DNA from: Thermodesulfobacteriota bacterium
GTDB lineage: Bacteria; Desulfobacterota; Dissulfuribacteria; Dissulfuribacterales; QOAL01
Reading direction: 5' to 3'
NCBI GenBank assembly: GCA_013154175.1
Contig: JAADCZ010000144.1
Coordinates: 6,928-70,927, forward strand
DNA length: 64,000 nucleotides
Shown here: one piece after another, positions 1-8,420 of the stretch
Layout of the letters: every line of letters begins with the position of its first letter
Position numbering within the stretch: the first letter of the stretch is position 1
The notes under the pieces: generated by a model
The model's database searches: none
The model's input: only the letters and a program-made list of their open reading frames with translations
What the model was told of the DNA's origin: nothing
Made by a program: the position numbers and the translations under genes

Positions 1-1
1 G

Positions 2-205
2 TGGTATGCAATGGTCTATGACCAGGTACGGAGCCACTATCAGGAGCTTCCCAAGGACAAAACCTTTATAATCATCTGCAATGCAGGCACCCGTTCCTAT
101 GAGATACAGGTATTTCTACGCTCTGTTGGCATTGACAACACCCTGGTTCTGGCAGGCGGACTCAATGTCATCAGAAGACTTGGAGTTAGCTGGTGGCAAC
201 AGTAG
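2..205 (+). CDS. Rhodanese-domain protein, C-terminal fragment (5' end outside window)
   Basis: The frame is open from the window edge. The tail carries a rhodanese active-site loop IIICNAGTRS (Cys-x4-Arg) and resembles the C-terminal rhodanese module of the ORF at 37525-39219. Confidence 0.6.
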   Translation, partial: WYAMVYDQVRSHYQELPKDKTFIIICNAGTRSYEIQVFLRSVGIDNTLVLAGGLNVIRRLGVSWWQQ

Positions 206-255
206 CCGCTTTATGGTAGCCTTTGTCCAAATTCAATATTTAGGAGTGGAAATTT

Positions 256-1020
256 ATGAAGCATTTCACTAAGTGGCTGCCTTTGTTTCTTTTACTTATG
301 GCGGGGTTGTATTTATCTTTTGCTACCGTAGTCGAGGCTGCAGAGCAGTCTTGTCCCACCAAACAGGCCCTCGAGAAGGCCATACAACAGACATTCAGAC
401 AGCGGTTGGAAATAGTTGATGTCAAACCAGCCGATTTGCCTGGACTTTGTCAAATTCAAATCAAATTCAGGAATCAGAGAAGGTTGATATACTCGGATAG
501 CAAAGGGAATTACCTCATTGCTGGTCAGCTTTTCAGCACCAAGAGTGGAAAAAATCTGACCAGGGAGGCGATGACAGAGATAAACAAGCTCAGCAAGGAA
601 GAGCTCAAGAAACTCGATGAGCTGGCTGCTTTTACTCTGGGAGACAAGGGGCCCGTTGTATATTTCGTAACAGACCCCCATTGTCCATATTGCAAGAAGG
701 CCGAGCAGATAATAGAGCCCCTGGCCAAGGCCGGGAAGGTCAGGGTCAAATACATCCTCTTTCCACTAAAGTTCCACAAGGGTGCCAAGGAGGAGTGCAT
801 ATCGATAATTTGCGACAACAAGGGGCTTGAAGGCTTCAGAAACAGGTACCGCTCTGATAATCAGTGTGAAAAGGGCAAGAAAAAGGTGGAGGAAGCCATG
901 AATTTCCTAATGAGCAAGGGAATAAATGGCACTCCAACCTACATCTTCCCAGATGGCAGATATCATTCCGGTGTGATGGACAGAAAGGCCCTCGAGGCCA
1001 GACTCGCAAAGTTTAAATAG
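256..1020 (+). CDS. DsbC/DsbG-family periplasmic thiol:disulfide interchange protein
   Basis: It has an N-terminal signal peptide (LFLLLMAGLYLSFATVVEA) and a thioredoxin-fold CPYC motif in FVTDPHCPYCKK. An AGGAG RBS lies upstream of the ATG. Confidence 0.75.
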   Translation: MKHFTKWLPLFLLLMAGLYLSFATVVEAAEQSCPTKQALEKAIQQTFRQRLEIVDVKPADLPGLCQIQIKFRNQRRLIYSDSKGNYLIAGQLFSTKSGKNLTREAMTEINKLSKEELKKLDELAAFTLGDKGPVVYFVTDPHCPYCKKAEQIIEPLAKAGKVRVKYILFPLKFHKGAKEECISIICDNKGLEGFRNRYRSDNQCEKGKKKVEEAMNFLMSKGINGTPTYIFPDGRYHSGVMDRKALEARLAKFK

Positions 1021-1031
1021 GAGTTGAAGCC

Positions 1032-2324
1032 ATGGCTGATATGAAACAGATGTACAAAAAGATATTGGGAGACCATTTCCCCATGGAAATGAAGATCTCC
1101 TTTGGTGATCAGGAACTGGTCTACAGGAAAAGGACATGGAAAATCCCCAATCCCTCAACTGGTGAAATAGAGGAAAGGGGCCTTCGTTATGGTGAAAATC
1201 CAGACCAGGAAGCCGCCCTCTACGAACTGGTAAATGGCAACCTCGTCTTGGGCGACTGCGCCTTCATTACCCCAGGAAAGGGGCTGGTAAGTGCCATTAC
1301 CGAAGAGGACATGATTCAGGCCGGGAAACACCCTGGGAAAATCAATCTTACCGATGTGGACAACTCCTTGAATATCTTGAAGTTTCTCATGAAGACCCCA
1401 GCCTGTGTCATCGTGAAGCACAACAACCCATGTGGGGTAGCCAAGGCCGATTCCATCTCTGACGCCTTTACAAAGGCCCTCAGAGCCGACAGGGTTGCAG
1501 CCTTTGGAGGTTGCGTTGCCCTTAATCGCCCTGTGGACAAGGCCACTGCCGAGGCAATAAACCAGCAGTATGTAGAGGTGGTTGTGGCCCCAGAGTATGA
1601 AGAGGGCACAGTTGACATACTTTCATCGAGAAAGAACCTTCGTATCATCAAGATTCAGAGGATTGAGCAGCTCGAGTCCTACTGGGATCTGAGATTTGTT
1701 GACTTTAAGAGCCTCATCGATGGCGGAATCATTGTGCAGCAGTCTCCAGTGAACAAGATACGTTCAAAAGAAGACCTCAAGCCTGCAGAGTGTGAGTATC
1801 AGGGAAAACTCTACAAGATAAAGAGGCTTCCCACCGAGCAGGAATATGATGATATCATCTTTGGTTGGGCTGTTGAGCAGGGTATTACATCCAACTCTGT
1901 CATTTATGTGAAAAACGGTGTCACCGTGGGAATCGGCACTGGTGAGCAGGACAGGGTAGGTGTTGCCGAAATCGCAGTTTACAAGGCCTACACCAAGTAT
2001 GCAGACATACTCTGCTGGGATAAATATGGCATCCCCTACAAGCAGCTCGAACTCGAGGTTGAAAAGGGTGAGCGCGACAAGGCCCAGAAGGAAGAGATAG
2101 ATCAGAAGGTGAAGGAAGACCGAGGCAACATCCCCGGCTCAACAATGGTGTCCGATGCCTTCTTCCCATTCCGCGACGGAGTGGATGTGGGAATCAGGCA
2201 AGGGGTGACTGCCATTGTTCACCCTGGCGGCTCCCTCAGGGACTGGGAGTCCATTGAGGCATGTAACGAGGCAGATCCACCAGTTACAATGGTCTTTACC
2301 GGCCAGAGGGCCTTCAAACATTAG
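1032..2324 (+). CDS. purH: AICAR formyltransferase (PurH-like, AICARFT domain only, no IMP cyclohydrolase/MGS domain)
   Basis: It has the LRYGENPDQEAALY motif (PurH RYGENPHQ) and a C-terminal SDAFFPFRDG...HPGGSLRD. At 430 aa it has only about 50 residues before the AICARFT core. Confidence 0.8.
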   Translation: MADMKQMYKKILGDHFPMEMKISFGDQELVYRKRTWKIPNPSTGEIEERGLRYGENPDQEAALYELVNGNLVLGDCAFITPGKGLVSAITEEDMIQAGKHPGKINLTDVDNSLNILKFLMKTPACVIVKHNNPCGVAKADSISDAFTKALRADRVAAFGGCVALNRPVDKATAEAINQQYVEVVVAPEYEEGTVDILSSRKNLRIIKIQRIEQLESYWDLRFVDFKSLIDGGIIVQQSPVNKIRSKEDLKPAECEYQGKLYKIKRLPTEQEYDDIIFGWAVEQGITSNSVIYVKNGVTVGIGTGEQDRVGVAEIAVYKAYTKYADILCWDKYGIPYKQLELEVEKGERDKAQKEEIDQKVKEDRGNIPGSTMVSDAFFPFRDGVDVGIRQGVTAIVHPGGSLRDWESIEACNEADPPVTMVFTGQRAFKH

Positions 2325-2367
2325 AATCGGGTTTGCACCATAGGGATTCTTTGGAATTTCGGGGTGC

Positions 2368-2769
2368 ATGGTTATGAAGTGGGAAAAACGAATGATAGAA
2401 GAGATTAAGCTGGATAACGGCCTGAAGGTTGAGTTTTACGACTACTCCAGAAAGGTTGCAGGAGACAGGTGGCTCATTGGGCTCCTGGTAAAGATACCAA
2501 TGGAGGTTGACAGGGCCGACTTCAACTCCTTTGAAGATGCAGACGCCCTGTACCAGAAATTCCTGGAGGAAAATGGCCCGGAGATTTCTTTCCAGTTACA
2601 GAAGGAAAGAAATTTCATAGATGAGCGTGAAAAGGCAGAAACCTTCAGTGCCCTTTTATCCAACCTGAAAAAGCATGCCCTCAGTTATATGGGCCACAAG
2701 GATTTTGCCTCAAACTATAAACGTAAAAAGATAGAAGAGTTCAAGGAAAGGCTGTCATGGTGGCAGTAG
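2368..2769 (+). CDS. Hypothetical protein
   Basis: This is a 133-aa ORF in the same direction as its neighbours, and its 3' end overlaps the next gene by 13 nt. I recognise no family. Confidence 0.45.
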   Translation: MVMKWEKRMIEEIKLDNGLKVEFYDYSRKVAGDRWLIGLLVKIPMEVDRADFNSFEDADALYQKFLEENGPEISFQLQKERNFIDEREKAETFSALLSNLKKHALSYMGHKDFASNYKRKKIEEFKERLSWWQ

Positions 2770-3572
2770 GAACCTTGAAAAAACTGGATGAAAAAGGGGT
2801 TGGCAAGGCCCTTTTGAAGGAGGCCCGCCTGGAAAACGGTGGGCCTTCCTGCACACTTCTTCAGTTTGCAGATGACAAAGGGCAGATGCTATCTGCCAGA
2901 ATCTATCAGGCCGAAAAGGGAGACAACCCCCATTTCCTTTATTTCCCGGCAGAGTTTGAAACGGATGAGACCCTCGAGCTTCTGGCCAAGGGGCTAAATT
3001 CCGTTGGGTTCACCCTCGTTGCCTTCGAATACAGGGGCACGGGCCAAAGTCAGGGGGAATTTTCCCTGGAAGACGTTTTCGAAGACGCTGAAACCTTTTA
3101 TAACGCCGTGAAGTTGTGGATGGAGCAACAGGGGCGCAAGGGAGACCTGGTAGTCATGGGGCGCTCCTTTGGCTGCACTGTGGCAATTCATCTGGCAGTG
3201 AAGCACCAAAAAGAGATCCTGTGCATGCTCCTGGAGAGCGCCTTTGACTCCGGGAAGGTTTTTCTCGAACGATCTGGCATTGATGCCTCCCATATTCCCG
3301 AAGGGCCAATATTCGAAAACAGGGCCATGATGGCAGAGTTCAAAAAGCCGGTCATGTTCATACACAGCCCAAGGGATGTCATACAGAGCCTCACCGAGGT
3401 GGAATGGCTCGTTGCTGAAAGCCGTTCAAAGGCCACCCAGTTTCAGATAGCACCCAGTGGCACCCGCCAGGAGTTGGCCAATCAGGTGGGGGATCTCTAT
3501 ATGGAAGTTGTGGAACAGTGGGTGAACCTTAGGCGTGGCATACGGCCCCCCAGGAAGAGGCCAAGGCCCTAG
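2757..3572 (+). CDS. Alpha/beta-fold hydrolase
   Basis: It has a nucleophile elbow GRSFG (G-x-S-x-G) and an alpha/beta-hydrolase-like length and layout. An AAGGAAAGG RBS lies upstream. Confidence 0.6.
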   Translation: MVAVGTLKKLDEKGVGKALLKEARLENGGPSCTLLQFADDKGQMLSARIYQAEKGDNPHFLYFPAEFETDETLELLAKGLNSVGFTLVAFEYRGTGQSQGEFSLEDVFEDAETFYNAVKLWMEQQGRKGDLVVMGRSFGCTVAIHLAVKHQKEILCMLLESAFDSGKVFLERSGIDASHIPEGPIFENRAMMAEFKKPVMFIHSPRDVIQSLTEVEWLVAESRSKATQFQIAPSGTRQELANQVGDLYMEVVEQWVNLRRGIRPPRKRPRP

Positions 3573-3585
3573 GGCACATCTGTTC

Positions 3586-4599
3586 CTATCTCCATATTCC
3601 ATCGATGGGTTCGTTGCATTTGGGGCATTTGCCCTGGCGCAACCTGTTTTCCATAATGGCAAAACCGTATCTTGCTATTACCAGCTCGCCACAGCTGGGG
3701 CAAAAGGTGTTTTCCCCACCTTCTCCAGGGACGTTGCCTTCATAGACATACTTTAGCCCCTCTTCCAGGCCGATTTCCCGTGCCTTTCTAAGGGTGGCAA
3801 CAGGCGTAGGCTGCCGGTCTATCATGCGGTACGTGGGGTGAAATGCCGTAACGTGCCAGGGAATGGAGGGTGAGACATCCTTTATGAACCTTGCAATATC
3901 CCTGAGCTCCTCTGGGGAATCGTTCCAGCCCGGTATTACGAGGGTTGTCACCTCTACCCAAATACCAAGCTCATGCATGAGCCTTATGGAATCGAGTACT
4001 GGCTGGAGCCTTGCCTTGCACACCTCCTTGTAGAACTTATCTGTGAATGCCTTGAGGTCTATGTTTATTCCATCAAGAAAGTCCACGCTGTGTTTGCAAG
4101 TCTCCTGGGTCATATAGCCGTTACTTACGAATACATTTTTTACTCCCCTGGATCGTGCTATCACGCCCGCGTCATAGGCAAATTCGTAAAAGATGGTGGG
4201 TTCCACGTAGGTATAGCTGATGCTTTGGGCCCCGTTGATTATGGCATCCTGTACCACTTCATTGGGAGAGGTGTCTTGGCCGATTATGGCGCCATTGTTC
4301 ATCCTGGGATACTGGCTGATCTGCCAGTTCTGGCAGTGTAAACACTGGAAGTTGCAACCCACGGTGGATATGGAATATGAGCGTGAGCCTGGAAGAAAGT
4401 GAAAGAGAGGCTTTTTCTCAATTGGGTCGAGGTTTTGGGAAATCAACTTTCCATACACTAGGCTCTTTAGCACGCCGCCTTGATTTTCTCTCACTTGGCA
4501 GATACCCCTTTTGCCAGCCCTTATGGTGCAGTGGTGCGCACACAGATTGCACTTAACGGTGTTATCTGCCTTTTTTTCGTAGAAATAGGCCTCCTTCAT
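3586..4599 (-). CDS. amrS: AmmeMemoRadiSam-system radical SAM enzyme (PFL-activase-like)
   Basis: It has an N-terminal Cys cluster CNLCAHHC...C, the radical SAM motif VGCNFQCLHCQNW (CxxxCxxC) and a C-terminal CPSCG...CPKC ribbon. A strong AGGAGG RBS lies upstream. Confidence 0.8.
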   Translation of the reverse strand: MKEAYFYEKKADNTVKCNLCAHHCTIRAGKRGICQVRENQGGVLKSLVYGKLISQNLDPIEKKPLFHFLPGSRSYSISTVGCNFQCLHCQNWQISQYPRMNNGAIIGQDTSPNEVVQDAIINGAQSISYTYVEPTIFYEFAYDAGVIARSRGVKNVFVSNGYMTQETCKHSVDFLDGINIDLKAFTDKFYKEVCKARLQPVLDSIRLMHELGIWVEVTTLVIPGWNDSPEELRDIARFIKDVSPSIPWHVTAFHPTYRMIDRQPTPVATLRKAREIGLEEGLKYVYEGNVPGEGGENTFCPSCGELVIARYGFAIMENRLRQGKCPKCNEPIDGIWR

Positions 4600-4785
4600 G
4601 GCAGGGAACCTCCTTTTTTGTTTTTTTGAATATAAGCACTTGGAGGCACGAGTGGAAAAGACTTTTTAAAAATCATTATTTTTTCATAAGTGCCTTTACC
4701 TTTTCTCTAAACATTCCGATAAAAGAAACAAGTAGGCGGGTCTTTTTGTCGCCATGAGTTTTTAAAATTTTCAGGAGAATCTTCC

Positions 4786-5253
4786 ATGCGAGAACTGGTT
4801 GTTGAAAGGGCATCAATAGCCGTGAGTAAAGAGCCTTCCACTGTAATTAGTGCCAAAAGTCTAGGCTCTACCTTGGCCATTGTGGCAACAGATCCTGAGG
4901 CAGGGGTTTGTGGAATAGGGCATTGCATACTGCCAGTGGCAACTGGAGATTCCACGAACCTGCCAGATGTCATTGAGCAGATGAGGGATTTGTTCAAGCA
5001 CATGTTACAGGAAGGGGCGGGTGCAAAGGACATGCGAATAATGCTATGTGGAGCCGCCACATTTCTTGAAGAACCCAGTGAAATGGCCCTTGGGGTCAAG
5101 CTCTACAAACGTGTGGTCCAGGCACTCAAAAAAAATGGGCTTTCCATTGGCGGAGAGCACGTGGGCGGCCCTTTGAACCGTTCTGTTTCCATTGAGGTTG
5201 GGGCTTCCAAGGCAAAAGTTGTATTACCAGACAAGAAGGAGATCTACATATGA
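4786..5253 (+). CDS. cheD: CheD-like protein (chemoreceptor glutamine deamidase fold, catalytic residues substituted)
   Basis: It aligns by eye to CheD along its length: LGSTLAIVATDPEAGVCGIGHCILP against LGSCVAVCMRDPVAKVGAMAHVMLP, and later GGPLNRSVSIEV against GGNRARSVEYNI. The GSC cysteine is Thr here. Confidence 0.7.
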   Translation: MRELVVERASIAVSKEPSTVISAKSLGSTLAIVATDPEAGVCGIGHCILPVATGDSTNLPDVIEQMRDLFKHMLQEGAGAKDMRIMLCGAATFLEEPSEMALGVKLYKRVVQALKKNGLSIGGEHVGGPLNRSVSIEVGASKAKVVLPDKKEIYI

Positions 5254-6122
5254 ACACGGCCATCTGTCCTGATTTCACCCTGGAGGCTGTCTATGAGTCC
5301 ATGGCCTCCCTGCCCGTCTTTCCAAAGATAGTTCACAGGGCCCTAAAGGTGCTGGATGATCCCAATAAAAACATCACCGATGTTGGAAAAATTATCAAAC
5401 TGGACCACGGGCTAGTGGCCAATATCTTAAAGCTGACCAATTCGGCAATGTTCGGCCTTAGCCAACAGGTATCTGATCTGGATACAGCCCTTGCCCTTCT
5501 TGGGCAGAACAAGATTCGGGAAGTACTAATTGCAAGCGCTGCCATGCCATATCTGGCCAGGGATCTCAATGGATATGAGATGTCCCCAGAGGATCTTTGT
5601 TATCATTCCATCGGATGTGCCATGATATCGGAGGTGGTTAGCAAACGCCTTGGTTTTGCAAATTCCGCCGAGCTTTTCACTGCAGCAATCCTTCACGATA
5701 TTGGCAAGATCGTTCTGGACATTTACGTTGGCCCACGTCTCATGGAAGTTCTGGATCGTTCTCGCAGGGAAGACAGTGACTTTTCTGTGGCCGAGTGGGA
5801 GGTCATAGGCACTGATCACGCCATTGCCGGCTCGTCGATCCTTCAACAATGGGAGTTTCCACGGGATATCTGCCGGGCAGTGAGGGCACATCATGACCCT
5901 GACCTTTATATCCAGGATAGGCTTTCTGCCATGCTCGCCCTGTGCAATATCTTGTCTGTACAACTTGGCCTGGGCGTTGGAGCAGATGGCTTCAGGTACA
6001 GGTTGTCGGATCAGCTTCTCTACGTCCTTGATTGCGACGAAAAGGACTACTTCAAGTGTCTTGAGGACGCAGTAAAGGCCCTGGAGGATGCAAGGGATGT
6101 GATTCAGCTAATCTTTGGATAG
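5250..6122 (+). CDS. HDOD domain signalling protein
   Basis: It has an HDOD N-terminal signature (VFPKIVHRALKVLDDPN...ANILKLTNSAMFGL) and an HD-like LHDIGK. Its start overlaps the cheD-like stop (ATGA). Confidence 0.8.
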   Translation: MNTAICPDFTLEAVYESMASLPVFPKIVHRALKVLDDPNKNITDVGKIIKLDHGLVANILKLTNSAMFGLSQQVSDLDTALALLGQNKIREVLIASAAMPYLARDLNGYEMSPEDLCYHSIGCAMISEVVSKRLGFANSAELFTAAILHDIGKIVLDIYVGPRLMEVLDRSRREDSDFSVAEWEVIGTDHAIAGSSILQQWEFPRDICRAVRAHHDPDLYIQDRLSAMLALCNILSVQLGLGVGADGFRYRLSDQLLYVLDCDEKDYFKCLEDAVKALEDARDVIQLIFG

Positions 6123-6133
6123 AAAGACCTGCC

Positions 6134-6844
6134 CTAAATGTCTTCAATGGGGCACTTGGAACATTTGGGTTTGCCTTTTTTGCAAAACTCTTTTCCAAGC
6201 CTTACAAAAAGGGCGTGGAATTCGTTGTAGAGGCATGGGTCTCGAGGCAGGTTGTCCATGAAGATGTCCTGAACTTGCTGATAGTCGGTGGTTTGGGGGT
6301 CTAGGATGTCGTGCCGCGACAGTATCCGTATGGTATAGGCATCCACTACAAAGATAGGCTTATCGAGGCTGTAAAGCAGTATACTATCGGCGGTTTCCGG
6401 GCCTATTCCATGAATGGCAAGTAGCTCTTCCCTCAAAATATGGGTGTCCCTATCTTTCATAGACTCTATGTTGCCATTGTAAAAGTCGTGAAGAAACCTG
6501 AGAAAATGTTTCAGGCGGGTGGTTTTGATGTTGTAATAGCCTGCCGGCCTGATTAATTGGGCCAGCTTTTCATCTGGCAATTCAAGCATGGCCCTTGGGT
6601 TCAGTAACCCGTGTTCTTTTAGGTTGTGGATTGCCTTTTCAACATTTGTCCAGTTGGTGTTCTGGGTCAAGATGGCACCGATTGCTATTTCAAAGGGGGT
6701 TTCACCTGGCCACCAGCCTTGAGGGCCAAAATGGTCGTAGAGGCTCCAAAATAGCCCGGCCAAGGTTTCTGTGAGGCCCCTTGGAGGATAATCCCGCAAT
6801 AATTTTTCAAGATACTCTTTGTTACACGCTGACTGCTGTTTCAA
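6134..6844 (-). CDS. Endonuclease III-domain (HhH-GPD) protein
   Basis: It has GAILTQNTNW, a helix-hairpin-helix LLAIHGIGPETADSILLY, VDAYTIRIL and a C-terminal Cys cluster CKKGKPKCSKC. Confidence 0.75.
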   Translation of the reverse strand: MKQQSACNKEYLEKLLRDYPPRGLTETLAGLFWSLYDHFGPQGWWPGETPFEIAIGAILTQNTNWTNVEKAIHNLKEHGLLNPRAMLELPDEKLAQLIRPAGYYNIKTTRLKHFLRFLHDFYNGNIESMKDRDTHILREELLAIHGIGPETADSILLYSLDKPIFVVDAYTIRILSRHDILDPQTTDYQQVQDIFMDNLPRDPCLYNEFHALFVRLGKEFCKKGKPKCSKCPIEDI

Positions 6845-7946
6845 TTAATCTTTCCGTATCTTTCAGATCATGGATGAGGTCTTTGGTGAGGAGCTTATTA
6901 AGTGACCAGTCTTTGTCAAGTCCCACGGCCTTGAGCATGTCGGGATGGATCTTCATGGCGCATGGTTCACTGTCCCAATAGCCAGCAGCATTTGCAAGCA
7001 TGTCACTCAGGGCCACAAGTGCCACAGGAAGCTTTGCGTGGCCAGGAACATCCTCCCAGTTGGCAAAGGATGGATGATGATGGTAGGAGATGGTTGTACA
7101 CAGGATTTCTGGTAGTTTCCAGTAAGTGGTTAAGAGATAGGCCATTCTGCAATGGTCTATTCCGTAATATTCATCCTCTTTCACAACCGAGACCAGACTG
7201 CAAGGCTCGTTGGAATCGTCTTCTGAAGAGGGCGGGCCATCTGGGCTCAGTCCCCTTAACAAGAATTTGCCCACGTCGTGTAGCAGGGAACATGTAATGA
7301 CCGTTGGCCCTATATTGGAGTCCACATTGCTTGCATGAAACAAGACATGTTTTGCACAGGTGGCAGTGGCTGCAGCGTGTCTCCACAGGGATTTCATCGC
7401 TGCTGGAGAAAGTTCGGCAAGGGATGTGAGTGCAGAGTTCGCCAGGAGCTGATTGACCAGAATCCAAAGCTCGTTAAAGCCCAGAATCACCACTGCATGT
7501 TGCAATGAGGTTATCTTCTGGGTGCAAAAGGCTGCCGAGTTTACAACGCGAAGGACCTTGGAGGAGAGGACCGGATCCGTGGAAATGAGTTGGACTATGC
7601 GCTTAATACTCGAGTCTGGATCCCTTAGAAGGTGGGAAAGTTCCATTATGGCGCTTGGTAGTTCGGGGCTCTGCCGTATTATGTCTATCAGGGCAGCATC
7701 TTCGTCTGTGATGGGTCTTTCTGGGCTGGGTCTTGTTTCATCCAGGTAATCCACCAGGGTGATGATTTCATCCTCTTGCGGTTCGGCAATGGGTTTTTTG
7801 GTGCTGAAGATATCCTCTGGTGGGGTGCACTGTTTGGGAGGTTCTTTTGGGGAGTGTTTTTTGCCCTTGTTCGTCCTGAAGGCAATAAAAAGGATTATAA
7901 TGAGAACAATGGAAGAAAGGGTGGCAATTGCAAGTGCGTAAACCAA
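6822..7946 (-). CDS. Membrane-anchored HDOD domain protein
   Basis: It has an N-terminal TM helix (ALAIATLSSIVLIIILFIAF), an HDOD signature (IVQLISTDPVLSSKVLRVVNSAAF) and LLHDVGK. Confidence 0.75.
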   Translation of the reverse strand: MVYALAIATLSSIVLIIILFIAFRTNKGKKHSPKEPPKQCTPPEDIFSTKKPIAEPQEDEIITLVDYLDETRPSPERPITDEDAALIDIIRQSPELPSAIMELSHLLRDPDSSIKRIVQLISTDPVLSSKVLRVVNSAAFCTQKITSLQHAVVILGFNELWILVNQLLANSALTSLAELSPAAMKSLWRHAAATATCAKHVLFHASNVDSNIGPTVITCSLLHDVGKFLLRGLSPDGPPSSEDDSNEPCSLVSVVKEDEYYGIDHCRMAYLLTTYWKLPEILCTTISYHHHPSFANWEDVPGHAKLPVALVALSDMLANAAGYWDSEPCAMKIHPDMLKAVGLDKDWSLNKLLTKDLIHDLKDTERLIETAVSV

Positions 7947-7959
7947 GGTCCCACCTTAA

Positions 7960-8295
7960 TTATTCGGCCCTGATAAAGAAGTAGTAAATCCAGACCCCTA
8001 AGATAGCTATTGTGGTGGATCCAAAAGCAGCCACATCATGAAGCTGAAGTTCTCCGTCTCGAGGCAGTTCGTGAACACAGGCGTACCAAAAGACCAGGCA
8101 GCCCAGTATGAAGACCAGTGTCTTCCTGAAATTGAAGAAAAACAGGAAGAGTGCGATTCCAAGTGCAGGCAAAAGATAGTGAATATCCGAGAATAATATG
8201 AGGGGGTCTGTACTAGTCAGGGTGTTGATAATATTTTCGCTCTTCAGGGCCTCTATCACCTGATCCCATGGAATATTTATCAATTTAAAATCCAT
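7960..8295 (-). CDS. Small integral membrane protein (hypothetical)
   Basis: This is a 111-aa ORF with about 3 hydrophobic helices. It is the first gene of the co-directional set 8295->6134. Confidence 0.45.
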   Translation of the reverse strand: MDFKLINIPWDQVIEALKSENIINTLTSTDPLILFSDIHYLLPALGIALFLFFFNFRKTLVFILGCLVFWYACVHELPRDGELQLHDVAAFGSTTIAILGVWIYYFFIRAE

Positions 8296-8420
8296 AATAA
8301 CCTCCTGAAACCCTTATCGGCCTGGTAACCGGGTTGCTAAAGTGGAGATGGGAAAATTTACTTTTCACAGGAATGAGCATTTTAGCTGAAACTGCCTCTA
8401 GACAATGATACAATCCGGAT

